64,000 bases of DNA, from the IMG/VR virus record IMGVR_UViG_3300030329_003231, one strand, 5' to 3'. The stretch comes from an uncultured virus (IMG/VR IMGVR_UViG_3300030329_003231) (taxonomy: Duplodnaviria; Heunggongvirae; Uroviricota; Caudoviricetes). This document shows positions 28,951 to 37,540 of this stretch, in pieces (position 1 is the first letter of the stretch; every line of letters begins with the position of its first letter). A model generated the notes under the pieces. It had not been told where the DNA came from. It ran no database searches and saw only the letters and a list, made by a program, of their open reading frames with translations. Made by a program: the position numbers and the translations under genes.

Positions 28951-29120
28951 TAACGACCCTCCCTAGATTTATTACGAATAGTAATATGATTACCCTCAAT
29001 TGTAAATTCTAGATAGTCTCGATGATCCCACTCAAGTTCTGCATAAAGAGCATCTAATTTCTTCATATCATCCCACAGATCAGTTGGGGTAGGTTCACCC
29101 CAAAAAGGATTATCTTCCAT
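28950..29120 (-). CDS. Small hypothetical protein (56 aa, below cutoff)
   Basis: Manual translation MEDNPFWGEPTPTDLWDDMKKLDALYAELEWDHRD...; TAATG-coupled at both ends. Confidence 0.65.
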   Translation of the reverse strand: MEDNPFWGEPTPTDLWDDMKKLDALYAELEWDHRDYLEFTIEGNHITIRNKSREGR

Positions 29121-29527
29121 TAAGCCTCTCCATTTTTGTTATTTATTTTTCTCCTAGGTACTTGAATAGTCCAACACCCACCATCTAGATCGACCATCTC
29201 AAAATTATCTTTAAAATATTTCTCTCTTGCTTTCTTCTCTTTCTCAAAGGTAGCAGCAGGTTCATTACCCACAGTAGCTCCATACTGAGGAATCTGGAAT
29301 CCAAAAGACTGACACTCTTCTGAATCTGAGAGATCAATATTACATTCTTCTGCATAATCCCAGATAGCTCTATCTACCTGCTCAAAGAGAGAATCAAATG
29401 TCATTCTCCGTCTCAAATCATTTGAAATATTATCTACATGCTCATCCGCTAGGTCTACTCCACATGGTCTTGCTTTGACCAATTTATTAAGATCGATAAC
29501 GATCTTGCAGTCATTGTAAATCGCCAT
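29120..29527 (-). CDS. Hypothetical protein
   Basis: MAIYNDCKIVIDLN..., in operon. Confidence 0.6.
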   Translation of the reverse strand: MAIYNDCKIVIDLNKLVKARPCGVDLADEHVDNISNDLRRRMTFDSLFEQVDRAIWDYAEECNIDLSDSEECQSFGFQIPQYGATVGNEPAATFEKEKKAREKYFKDNFEMVDLDGGCWTIQVPRRKINNKNGEA

Positions 29528-29529
29528 AG

Positions 29530-30057
29530 TTAAATCCAATTTGGTTTTCTGGATGGGTCACGAAGATAATTAGATGCAACCCAAGGTTTGCTGGCAAGGT
29601 AAGTCTTGTAAGCAGTAAAAGTGTCAATGCTTGTGTTATGTTTAAACTCATTAGGCATTGCTCGTGTAAATGATTCTACCATACAATAACAAGTAATTAC
29701 CTCACCTGCCATCTGATGAAACTTTATCTTTGCATTAAACAAAGGTTTAGCACAAGCATGAACCTTACCATACCTATGCCAATACTCAAAAACTAATGCA
29801 CAACCATGCTGGATTAACCATGCAGTATTGTACATACTCTCAGCAGCCCACTTAGTACACGGATGATTACGAAATGCACCCTTTGTAGTATCGTATGGAG
29901 TCCCATCTTTTTTAAGGACTTCACCCCAATCATAGTACCACGGAGAAAACAATAGAGAAACCATCTGAGTCGTCTCTAAGGGCATCTTAACCACATGTTT
30001 GTCAGGTAATACCATAGCAGACATGTGTGGGTCAGGATGCGTGACGAAGATGTTCAT
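29530..30057 (-). CDS. Pyrimidine-dimer DNA glycosylase/endonuclease V-like protein
   Basis: MNIF...DKHVVKMPLE...HPCTKW...RYGKVH...AMP. Confidence 0.65.
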   Translation of the reverse strand: MNIFVTHPDPHMSAMVLPDKHVVKMPLETTQMVSLLFSPWYYDWGEVLKKDGTPYDTTKGAFRNHPCTKWAAESMYNTAWLIQHGCALVFEYWHRYGKVHACAKPLFNAKIKFHQMAGEVITCYCMVESFTRAMPNEFKHNTSIDTFTAYKTYLASKPWVASNYLRDPSRKPNWI

Positions 30058-30818
30058 GCGAACTGTCGTAGGTTTTGTAAAATATACTTGTATGCTTCTA
30101 CTATATCACCTTCATCCTTTCTAAACAAGTCCTTATCAAATCTTTCTCGCGTACCCTTTTTCCAGAGTCGCATGTTGTCAGGTGATAATTCATCCCCCAA
30201 GAATAAATCGCCGTGAGCATCGTAACCAAACTCCAATTTAAAATCAACAAGATCAATACCCATAAGGGTAAACAATGATTGCAACTGAAAATTAATATCC
30301 AGTGCTGCTTCCTTCATAGGTGCAGGATCAATACCCATCAATCTTACACGATCATATGTAAGTAATGGATCATCCTTTGCATCATCTTTCAGGAAGTACT
30401 CTACAATAGCAGGTTGAATGATAGTTCCTTCATTAATGTTAGTATTCTTTACAATGCTACCAGCAGCAATATTTCTGACGATGACTTCAACGGGAATAAT
30501 ATCTAACTTCTTAACCAATAAAGTATCAAGAGAAGGACAATCGATATAATGTGTCCTGATACCACAGTTCTCCAACTTCTCAAATAATAAAGCAGAGATG
30601 AGACAACATACCTTACCCTTTTCTGGTGGATACTCTACATGTTTACCATTCCAAGCAGTTACTTTATCATGAAAATGAATGTAAACCTTTCCAGGTTCAT
30701 CAGCCATTCGATAAACAGATTTTACTTTACCTTGATTCAACAAAGTTTCTGCCTGTAATACAGGAGTCATCTGGGTATAAAAAATATTTGGTTGATCTGT
30801 ACCTGGATCTCCACTCAT
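30054..30818 (-). CDS. purC: SAICAR synthetase
   Basis: GKVKSVY, IPVEVIVRNIAAGS, LVDFKLEFG, DELSPDNMRLW, DKDLFR. Confidence 0.95.
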   Translation of the reverse strand: MSGDPGTDQPNIFYTQMTPVLQAETLLNQGKVKSVYRMADEPGKVYIHFHDKVTAWNGKHVEYPPEKGKVCCLISALLFEKLENCGIRTHYIDCPSLDTLLVKKLDIIPVEVIVRNIAAGSIVKNTNINEGTIIQPAIVEYFLKDDAKDDPLLTYDRVRLMGIDPAPMKEAALDINFQLQSLFTLMGIDLVDFKLEFGYDAHGDLFLGDELSPDNMRLWKKGTRERFDKDLFRKDEGDIVEAYKYILQNLRQFA

Positions 30819-30846
30819 AGTTTTATTATTTTTTTATAGTATAGCA

Positions 30847-31077
30847 TTACCAATCAGGATATGTCCAATCTACCTTAGATTTATTATTCTTTTTTCTTCT
30901 GTCTTTTATTCTTTCAATGGTACATTCTTTACATTCATACGAATAAGAGGAACGAAGATTCATATTTTTTCGTACCCGATAGTAACTATGAAGAAGATTT
31001 TTTTGCTCACCACAGACTCTACATACTCTTTCTTCCAATAGTAAATGGGCAAGTTGAAGTTGCTCGTCTAATTCCAT
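30847..31077 (-). CDS. Small Zn-finger-like protein
   Basis: CRVC...CKEC. Confidence 0.6.
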   Translation of the reverse strand: MELDEQLQLAHLLLEERVCRVCGEQKNLLHSYYRVRKNMNLRSSYSYECKECTIERIKDRRKKNNKSKVDWTYPDW

Positions 31078-31082
31078 CCATT

Positions 31083-31113
31083 AAAAAAGACCCTAAGTTA
31101 ATTTAGGGTCTTT
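31083..31113 (-). terminator. Rho-independent terminator after psbA
   Basis: GACCCTAA-ATTAAC-TTAGGGTC-TTTTTT. Confidence 0.8.
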
Positions 31114-31131
31114 ATAATTATGGAGTTATTA

Positions 31132-32214
31132 TTAACCTATTGCAGGAGCAACAAGTGCAACTTCACTAGTCTCAGCTGCTGCCAAGTCTAATGGGAAGTT
31201 GTGAGCATTACGCTCGTGCATAACTTCCATTCCAAGGTTTGCTCTATTCAGAACGTCTGCCCAAGTAGGAACAACTTTACCGTCTGCCGATACAATCGAC
31301 TGGTTAAAGTTAAATCCATTGAGGTTAAATGCCATCGTTGAGATACCCATTGAAGTCAACCAGACGCACACCACAGGGAATACGGCAAGGAAGAAGTGCA
31401 GGGATCTGCTGTTGTTGAACGAAGCATACTGGAAGATAAGACGACCAAAGTAGCCATGAGCAGCCACAATGTTATAGGTCTCTTCTTCTTGTCCGAACTT
31501 ATATCCATAGTTAAGTGATTCTTGTTCTGTTGTTTCTCTGATTAGAGATGAAGTAACAAGTGAACCGTGCATTGCGGAGAATAATGCTCCACCAAACATA
31601 CCTGCTACACCTGCCATATGGAAGGGGTGCATGAGTATGTTGTGTTCTGCCTGGAATACGAACATGAAGTTAAACGTACCAGATATACCTAACGGCATTC
31701 CGTCAGAGAAAGATCCCTGTCCGAAAGGATAAATTAGGAACACTGCGAAAGCAGCAGATACAGGTGCAGAATATGCTACACAAATCCAAGGTCTCATACC
31801 TAAACGATATGATAACTCCCACTGTCTACCCATGTAGGCAGAAATTCCAATAAGGAAGTGGAAGATTACTAACTGATATGGACCTCCATTATACAGCCAC
31901 TCATCTAGTGAGGCGGCTTCCCATATAGGATAGAAGTGCATACCGATTGCGTTGCTTGAAGGGACAACAGCACCAGAGATGATGTTGTTACCATACAATA
32001 AAGAACCAGCAACAGGTTCTCTGATTCCGTCAATATCGACGGGAGGAGCAGCAATAAATGCAATGATGAAACAAGTAGTTGCAGCAAGTAAACATGGGAT
32101 CATTAGAACCCCGAACCAACCGACATAGATTCTATTCTCGGTTGATGTTACCCACTCGCAAAACTGTGGCCATCCTTGTAATAAAGCACTCTCTCTTTTT
32201 TGAAGAGTTGTCAT
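31132..32214 (-). CDS. psbA: Photosystem II D1 protein
   Basis: Full-length 360 aa D1 ([10 protein letters not shown]...HNFPLDLA), uninterrupted. Confidence 0.99.
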   Translation of the reverse strand: MTTLQKRESALLQGWPQFCEWVTSTENRIYVGWFGVLMIPCLLAATTCFIIAFIAAPPVDIDGIREPVAGSLLYGNNIISGAVVPSSNAIGMHFYPIWEAASLDEWLYNGGPYQLVIFHFLIGISAYMGRQWELSYRLGMRPWICVAYSAPVSAAFAVFLIYPFGQGSFSDGMPLGISGTFNFMFVFQAEHNILMHPFHMAGVAGMFGGALFSAMHGSLVTSSLIRETTEQESLNYGYKFGQEEETYNIVAAHGYFGRLIFQYASFNNSRSLHFFLAVFPVVCVWLTSMGISTMAFNLNGFNFNQSIVSADGKVVPTWADVLNRANLGMEVMHERNAHNFPLDLAAAETSEVALVAPAIG

Positions 32215-32223
32215 GAGTCCAAC

Positions 32224-32332
32224 TTTAAGTAGAGCTGATAGGGAGTCAGCGGAACTTAGGTATCCTTCAGTACCCTTTAACCTGAAGGTAGGATGAGAGA
32301 TATTATGACCCCATGATCTCGGTTAGGGGGAA
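32224..32332 (-). ncRNA. PhotoRC-II-type structured leader RNA of psbA
   Basis: Three hairpins (CCCC..GGGG, CCTTCAG..CTGAAGG, TAAGT-GCTGA..TCAGC-ACTTA) with loop complementarities GAGAT/ATCTC and AGGG/CCCT, directly 5' of psbA; family name from memory. Confidence 0.65.
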
Positions 32333-32360
32333 GTAATGATGAGCAGATACTCACCCGATT

Positions 32361-32394
32361 TATTTATTATAAAGGAATGTTAAGCAAATGGCAA
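32361..32394 (-). promoter_or_regulatory. Overlapping sigma70 (TTGCCA-17-TATAAT) and late (AATAAATA) promoters for psbA
   Basis: -35 at 32389-32394, -10 at 32366-32371, late box at 32361-32368. Confidence 0.75.
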
Positions 32395-32497
32395 GCCCCA
32401 TGTGCCACTACATGGAGTGGTATCATAACTCACCTAGTACACATATATTAACATCTGTTTTGCTAAATAACGATAGGTATATTATCTCAAATTATAA

Positions 32498-32992
32498 ATG
32501 AAAAGACTAGTTCCTTTCATTATGTTAGTGATGGCAGCTACACCCCTTGCGGCTCGTGCTGATATTACATCAAGAATGACCTCCAGTGTTCAGTTGCAAG
32601 TTAATGCTGCTGCAACACAAATGCAAAGAGTGGGAAACTCTTATAGTATCTCTGGTAATAACGTGGATACAACTGATGGAACCACTGCTAACACAGTTAG
32701 TGCTGGTGCTATAAGTAGTGGTGTCTATGGACCTGGTACTATTTCTGTTACCCAAGACGACCCCGGCGAATCATTTAGCTTTACAACTTCATTTATCCAA
32801 GGTGATGCTATTGATACAACTGGTCCGGACATCGGAGATGTTTCAGCATACTCTGATCAGTTATCTACTGCTGCTGGATCTGCTGGAAACCTAGCTGGTA
32901 CTGTCACTTCGCAAGGTGCTTTGACTGTGACAGCTGGTGGGGCTGGCACAACGGCTACAGGTCAATTCGTCACCGAGATTACCGTGGACTAA
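32498..32992 (+). CDS. Exported beta-rich protein of unknown function (cassette gene A)
   Basis: Sec signal MKRLVPFIMLVMAATPLAARA; Thr/Ser/Gly/Ala-rich mature part; CTAAATA late-type box at 32463-32469. Confidence 0.75.
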   Translation: MKRLVPFIMLVMAATPLAARADITSRMTSSVQLQVNAAATQMQRVGNSYSISGNNVDTTDGTTANTVSAGAISSGVYGPGTISVTQDDPGESFSFTTSFIQGDAIDTTGPDIGDVSAYSDQLSTAAGSAGNLAGTVTSQGALTVTAGGAGTTATGQFVTEITVD

Positions 32993-33001
32993 AATAGTGT
33001 T

Positions 33002-33475
33002 ATGAAACGCTATATACTTTTGTTGTTATTACTAGGTAGTGGTACTGCTGTGAAGGCAGTACCTGTGGTCCCTAATTTTACACAGGGATCTATGACTACC
33101 CATACGGAGACATCCTCCACCGTGACGGAGACTATTAATTCAATTGACTATAGGACAGGATGGGAATACACAGTGACCGGGGTAGGGGTAGAGAACAATG
33201 GCCAACCCATCAATCCCGACGTGAACGCCAGTTCAGTATCAATAACACCCTCAACCGGAACAACGGGTGGAAACGACGCAGTAACAGGAACTTTAACGAG
33301 CTCCTTCGACTCACTCGACATGGACAGCGCAGGAAGTTATACGATATCCGAACCTGGTGGAGCCTTTCAATTCACCCAGAGTTATCAAGGACCAGGTATG
33401 ACCAACCAGACGATCATACAAAGAGTAACCACCATAGAAAGCGTCACAGATACAACCAGCGTCTTTACCCAATAG
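33002..33475 (+). CDS. Exported beta-rich protein of unknown function (cassette gene B)
   Basis: Sec signal MKRYILLLLLLGSGTAVKA; VPVVPNFTQGSM; Thr-rich. Confidence 0.75.
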   Translation: MKRYILLLLLLGSGTAVKAVPVVPNFTQGSMTTHTETSSTVTETINSIDYRTGWEYTVTGVGVENNGQPINPDVNASSVSITPSTGTTGGNDAVTGTLTSSFDSLDMDSAGSYTISEPGGAFQFTQSYQGPGMTNQTIIQRVTTIESVTDTTSVFTQ

Positions 33476-34755
33476 CATTAGCACTACTTGGAATAGTTAA
33501 TCCTACCGCTGCACTTGCTGAAAGTGTCGGCGGTGTTTCTGCGACTGCTAATCCTATCGCCAATAGTTCTGGCTCAGTCACCAACCAGGCAATTCAAGTT
33601 TTACAAGGTCCTTATATAACTAACACTTATGGTAACCAGATAAGTTGTCAAGGTCCTACTGCTAACTTTACCCCATATATTCAGTACAGTAACTCATGGA
33701 AAGATCCATTTGAAAGACATTATATGCAACCACAATATAATAACAATGACTTTACAGGACGTACTACTACACAAACTGTCACCGTAAAGAACTATCCTTG
33801 GTATGATGGATATGCACGAGGTCCTAATAATGCTGATGGTACAATGGGTGATTACCTTTTAGATGATGATGGAAATAAAATACCCATTGAAGAAAACTGG
33901 TATAACGATGCTGTTAAAGAAGACGCAAATGGTGATCCTATCCTAGATGATGATGGCAATCCTCAAAGATACTGGGAGGATGGTGCTGATATGCAAATTG
34001 AAATGGAAGTAGATGGTCCTGATGGTGTACCTGACAATCCCGGTCAAGTTGTATGGAATAAACCAGTACGAACAGATATGAGTGCCAATAATAATTTTAA
34101 TATCGGAATTTCTGCTACTCTATCCCTACCACTGGATAGAAAATTACAAAACCTCTGTAAGCAAGCTGCCACCACTCAGATAGAACAACAGCAACAAATT
34201 ACTGCTAACAAAAGATTGGATTTTGAGATCGCACGTCTCAAAAATTGTGGTGAACTCATGCAAAAGGGCATCATGTTCCATCCACGATCTCCTTATGCTG
34301 CTATCTGTGCAGACGTAGTAGTCTCAACACCTCCAGGAACTATCATACCTCATAGTCATGACTTCCCTAGACCTACATTTAGTGAAGATACTACAACTAA
34401 TGATACAAAAGAAATACAACAGCCCCAAGCAAATGGAACTGCTGATGATTTAACACCAATGTCTATTGGTAATCCTATTTCTTCTTCTTCTCCTCCTCCT
34501 TCTTCTTCTCCTTCTTCTTCTTCTCCTTCTTCGCATGTTCCTTCGCAAAGTTTATCTCCAGTAACCCCTTCTTCTTCCGATACTCATTCGTCCGAATCTC
34601 CTGAGGAGTCATCCGATAAGGAGACTTCCCCAGTTTCGACTGGATGGTTCCGATGGCCTTTTTCACGGCAGGCTTCACCACCCGTAGAAGAAGATCAGCC
34701 AGCGGCTTTGCTAGGAGGGCCGATCCAGTTGCCACCGTCGCAATCACTGCCGTAG
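33160..34755 (+). CDS. Exported/envelope protein with long basic N-terminal extension (cassette gene C); start uncertain
   Basis: Signal-like PIALALLGIVNPTAALA at about aa 104-120; no ATG/GTG/TTG between 33160 and that segment; 4 Cys; NFNIGISATLSLPLD amphipathic strand. Confidence 0.65.
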   Translation: MGIHSDRGRGREQWPTHQSRRERQFSINNTLNRNNGWKRRSNRNFNELLRLTRHGQRRKLYDIRTWWSLSIHPELSRTRYDQPDDHTKSNHHRKRHRYNQRLYPIALALLGIVNPTAALAESVGGVSATANPIANSSGSVTNQAIQVLQGPYITNTYGNQISCQGPTANFTPYIQYSNSWKDPFERHYMQPQYNNNDFTGRTTTQTVTVKNYPWYDGYARGPNNADGTMGDYLLDDDGNKIPIEENWYNDAVKEDANGDPILDDDGNPQRYWEDGADMQIEMEVDGPDGVPDNPGQVVWNKPVRTDMSANNNFNIGISATLSLPLDRKLQNLCKQAATTQIEQQQQITANKRLDFEIARLKNCGELMQKGIMFHPRSPYAAICADVVVSTPPGTIIPHSHDFPRPTFSEDTTTNDTKEIQQPQANGTADDLTPMSIGNPISSSSPPPSSSPSSSSPSSHVPSQSLSPVTPSSSDTHSSESPEESSDKETSPVSTGWFRWPFSRQASPPVEEDQPAALLGGPIQLPPSQSLP

Positions 34756-35428
34756 TCGTAACCACTTGAGGTGTTGGAAGAAAGGCTTCTACTGCTCCAA
34801 TATCCTCATATAAAGTAACACATATCTTTTCCCCATCAGGGTTTCTAGGATCCCTTTGCAACTCAAACCCACTAACCTTCTCTTTCATATTCTGTGCTAC
34901 ATCACCTATACGAGGTGCCATAGGACCAGGACAAGGAGGGTCTTCCTTTGTCTCTGAAGGTGTTTTAGGAGGTTCAGGAGTCTGTGGAGTAGGTGTAGGA
35001 GGAGGATCACCTACATCTACCCCAGATGTTACATCAGGAGGATCTCCATAAAAAGTTTCCCACTTCAACCTATTAGATTGATAATCAAGTGCTCTAAAAC
35101 TTGGAGCTCCTGCATCACACAGTACTGTATTACCTTTAGGATCATTATCTACTAACTGCTTATTCCTATTTCTTTCTCTCGCATTCTCTTTATGAACCTC
35201 AACACAACCAGCAATATTAACAACTGGGGTTCCCACCTGTACTACCACAGGAGGATCTAACTGCGTAGCATTAGGAGGATTAACCACCCATATACGATTA
35301 TCAGCAACTCTTATTGTCTGAGGACTCCTAATACCAATCGGTTGAACATCACCAACATCAACTTGTTGAACATCACCAATACCAACGTTCCCAACGCCAA
35401 TGTTATTAATACGAATCTCAGGAATCAT
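34475..35428 (-). CDS. Cys/Pro-rich protein with C-terminal membrane anchor and basic tail (cassette gene D)
   Basis: 317 aa; 4 Cys, Pro-rich linker, TM VVTTTAVIATVATGSALLA, Lys/Glu tail. Confidence 0.7.
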   Translation of the reverse strand: MIPEIRINNIGVGNVGIGDVQQVDVGDVQPIGIRSPQTIRVADNRIWVVNPPNATQLDPPVVVQVGTPVVNIAGCVEVHKENARERNRNKQLVDNDPKGNTVLCDAGAPSFRALDYQSNRLKWETFYGDPPDVTSGVDVGDPPPTPTPQTPEPPKTPSETKEDPPCPGPMAPRIGDVAQNMKEKVSGFELQRDPRNPDGEKICVTLYEDIGAVEAFLPTPQVVTTTAVIATVATGSALLAKPLADLLLRVVKPAVKKAIGTIQSKLGKSPYRMTPQEIRTNEYRKKKGLLEINFAKEHAKKEKKKKEKKKEEEKKKK

Positions 35429-35694
35429 TATCGTTGAGGTGTAGTCTCTCTATAATCAGCATTAGGTTTTGGTTTTTCTAATCCTTTTACACCCCCAGTT
35501 TTCTCTGGCCATGCTTCCCATAATACATTTTTAAGTTCTTCTCTTACTATCATTCTTAATTCAGTTTCCTGTGCCTTGGCTCTCTTTTCAGGACCACCAG
35601 TTTGCTGATCAATGAGATGGCCACCACCCACGATACCACCGGTGCCAACAACTGCTGCTGCTGTTACACCTGTGGTGACCTTTTGTATATCCAT
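35428..35694 (-). CDS. Small membrane-anchored protein
   Basis: N-terminal Gly/Ala hydrophobic segment; TAATG coupling. Confidence 0.6.
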   Translation of the reverse strand: MDIQKVTTGVTAAAVVGTGGIVGGGHLIDQQTGGPEKRAKAQETELRMIVREELKNVLWEAWPEKTGGVKGLEKPKPNADYRETTPQR

Positions 35695-35936
35695 TATTCC
35701 TCGTCCTTTTTACTGTTGGATTTAATACCTTTCTCCGCAGCATAGAGTGCGAAACTCTTGGTTGCTAATCCTTGCATCGTTTCTTTAATTGCTTGAGTAT
35801 CTGCTTCATTACAGATGTCTTCAGCAAAACATCCAACTACAGTTCCTCCAACAATAGCAAGTTCTGCTACTACTACTGCGAATACTAAACGGAATGCCCA
35901 GAGACCACCGTTAAATCCTTTTGTTAATGCTGCCAT
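35694..35936 (-). CDS. Small membrane protein
   Basis: TM helix plus Cys pair; TAATG coupling. Confidence 0.6.
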   Translation of the reverse strand: MAALTKGFNGGLWAFRLVFAVVVAELAIVGGTVVGCFAEDICNEADTQAIKETMQGLATKSFALYAAEKGIKSNSKKDEE

Positions 35937-35940
35937 TTGT

Positions 35941-36405
35941 TTAACCTTCCATTAGTGTACCATGTGATCTACGAATCTCACGGAGTGCCTCAAGGTTCAT
36001 ATCCTTGGTTCCTCCATCATAAGGATGAGCATATCCTTGTGTAATCATTTGTTCGTTGAGAGACACTGTTTCGTCGCCCACGTATAACCACCCAAGAAGC
36101 CTACCATACTTCCCAACGCCGCCATGAAGCTCAGTACGAACAATGAGCTCGTCATCGCCAGCAAGAACATCTTCCAGTTCCTTCTTGAGCCAGTTGGTTG
36201 CATCGATTCCTAATTCCTTTTCTTCAAGGTTTCTTGTACGTTTCTCAGGGGTATCGACTCCTGCCACCCTAACTCTTTCTTTTTTATATAGATCGAAACC
36301 TAAATCAATAGTGACATCAATCGTATCGCCATCCAATACTTTGTCCACTTTTATCACTCTGAAGTTGTAGCAGCTCTTCCTGCTCGGTGGGGTCATCGCT
36401 CCCAT
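35941..36405 (-). CDS. Thermonuclease (SNase-like) endonuclease
   Basis: KVLDGDTID...RVRVAGVDTPE...GKYGRLLG...LNEQMITQGYA. Confidence 0.85.
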   Translation of the reverse strand: MGAMTPPSRKSCYNFRVIKVDKVLDGDTIDVTIDLGFDLYKKERVRVAGVDTPEKRTRNLEEKELGIDATNWLKKELEDVLAGDDELIVRTELHGGVGKYGRLLGWLYVGDETVSLNEQMITQGYAHPYDGGTKDMNLEALREIRRSHGTLMEG

Positions 36406-36748
36406 TGAAATATTCCGCAAGTGCATTATTTATATCAAAAGAAGGATCCTTCTTCTTTTGCTCCCATTCCCACTCTCTAATTTTATCGATCCACTGATTA
36501 GCCATTGAGGCACTCTCAGGTAATGATCCAGGTATTACCTGTGTACGAGGTTCCAAATACTCTGGATACGCCTCTGCTTTTGGTGCGAAATATCCTGCTC
36601 CAATAAAAGCAAGTGCTATCGATCCTAAGAGACCAATAGCAGCAACTACCTTCTCATTGGCACGAACTCTTTCAGTGAGTTCCTTCTGTTTGTCCAGCAA
36701 TCTCTCCACTTGAGATTCCAATACTGCTATCTTCACTTTGTTGCTCAT
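36317..36748 (-). CDS. Coiled-coil membrane protein, unknown function
   Basis: MSNKVKIAVLESQVERL..., followed by a TM helix. Confidence 0.55.
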   Translation of the reverse strand: MSNKVKIAVLESQVERLLDKQKELTERVRANEKVVAAIGLLGSIALAFIGAGYFAPKAEAYPEYLEPRTQVIPGSLPESASMANQWIDKIREWEWEQKKKDPSFDINNALAEYFNGSDDPTEQEELLQLQSDKSGQSIGWRYD

Positions 36749-36851
36749 TAGGATACCAAGTATCATACATGAATATGTAGTATAATACAACTCCTACAGC
36801 AACAATAAGAATAGCAATCATAATATTAACTGAGTGTACTACACTATACAT
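36672..36851 (-). CDS. Small membrane protein (59 aa, below cutoff)
   Basis: MYSVVHSVNIMIAILIVAVGVVLYYIFMYDTWYPNE... Confidence 0.45.
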   Translation of the reverse strand: MYSVVHSVNIMIAILIVAVGVVLYYIFMYDTWYPNEQQSEDSSIGISSGEIAGQTEGTH

Positions 36852-36939
36852 ATGCTTCAGCAGCCAATCTAACTGAGAGTGCTAGGGATACTCCCATGAT
36901 GGTGAGTCTACTCATCCACCACATTATTTCATGTTTCAT
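36844..36939 (-). CDS. Micro membrane peptide (31 aa)
   Basis: MKHEIMWWMSRLTIMGVSLALSVRLAAEAYV; GGAG RBS upstream. Confidence 0.5.
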   Translation of the reverse strand: MKHEIMWWMSRLTIMGVSLALSVRLAAEAYV

Positions 36940-36940
36940 T

Positions 36941-37171
36941 TTATCTCCCCATCGGTATACCAGCCATCATTAACCGAGAAATATTATCAATCTCTTTTGG
37001 ATTAAGATTGCAATAGTCAATAAAATGAGGATGCTCCCTAAGATAAGAGACATCCTCTTTACTGTGTTGTATCGCATCGTATGCACTCATTGCATACTCA
37101 CATATCTCATAATGATGATGGTGCGTGTCGTGATAACCGACTGTGTAATGCTTCTGTTGAGTCAGGGGCAT
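36941..37171 (-). CDS. Conserved cyanophage/cyanobacterial hypothetical protein
   Basis: HYTVGYHD...EICEYA...HPHFIDYC; CTAAATA box upstream. Confidence 0.6.
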   Translation of the reverse strand: MPLTQQKHYTVGYHDTHHHHYEICEYAMSAYDAIQHSKEDVSYLREHPHFIDYCNLNPKEIDNISRLMMAGIPMGR

Positions 37172-37251
37172 GATCTTTCAATCCCGTACTACCAATATTT
37201 AGTCTAAAAGTAGTAAAAAATACCTAATTAAGTGTGGACTCAAAGACAGAG

Positions 37252-37539
37252 TTAGGGTTTCCCTACCTTCTCTTCAAAGAAGACTTGATCACCATAACCT
37301 ATCATCAATTTGTTCCATTCACCATTTTCTAACTGCTGATATACCTCTCTAATAGACTCCTTACCTTCATTGGTAGTCCACGTTCTTTCATACCAATCAT
37401 TCCCACTATCATACTTATATCCTTCTGATTCCAATCTATCAGTAAAGCAATCTACTTCCACATCATCAACAGTACAAATTACTTTATCAGGATCCCACTG
37501 TGGATCTGAACTCCATAACCACTCATTCCACCAAGCCAT
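37252..37539 (-). CDS. Trp-rich hypothetical protein
   Basis: 95 aa ORF in operon. Confidence 0.55.
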   Translation of the reverse strand: MAWWNEWLWSSDPQWDPDKVICTVDDVEVDCFTDRLESEGYKYDSGNDWYERTWTTNEGKESIREVYQQLENGEWNKLMIGYGDQVFFEEKVGKP

Positions 37540-37540
37540 T

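Noticed and set aside
31132..32214. Intron or homing endonuclease in or after psbA
   Set aside because: psbA is continuous; the downstream 76-aa CxxC ORF has no nuclease motif
34478..34532. TTC/CTT microsatellite-like tract
   Set aside because: Explained by the Lys/Glu tail of gene D (and Ser/Pro tail of gene C); not an independent repeat element
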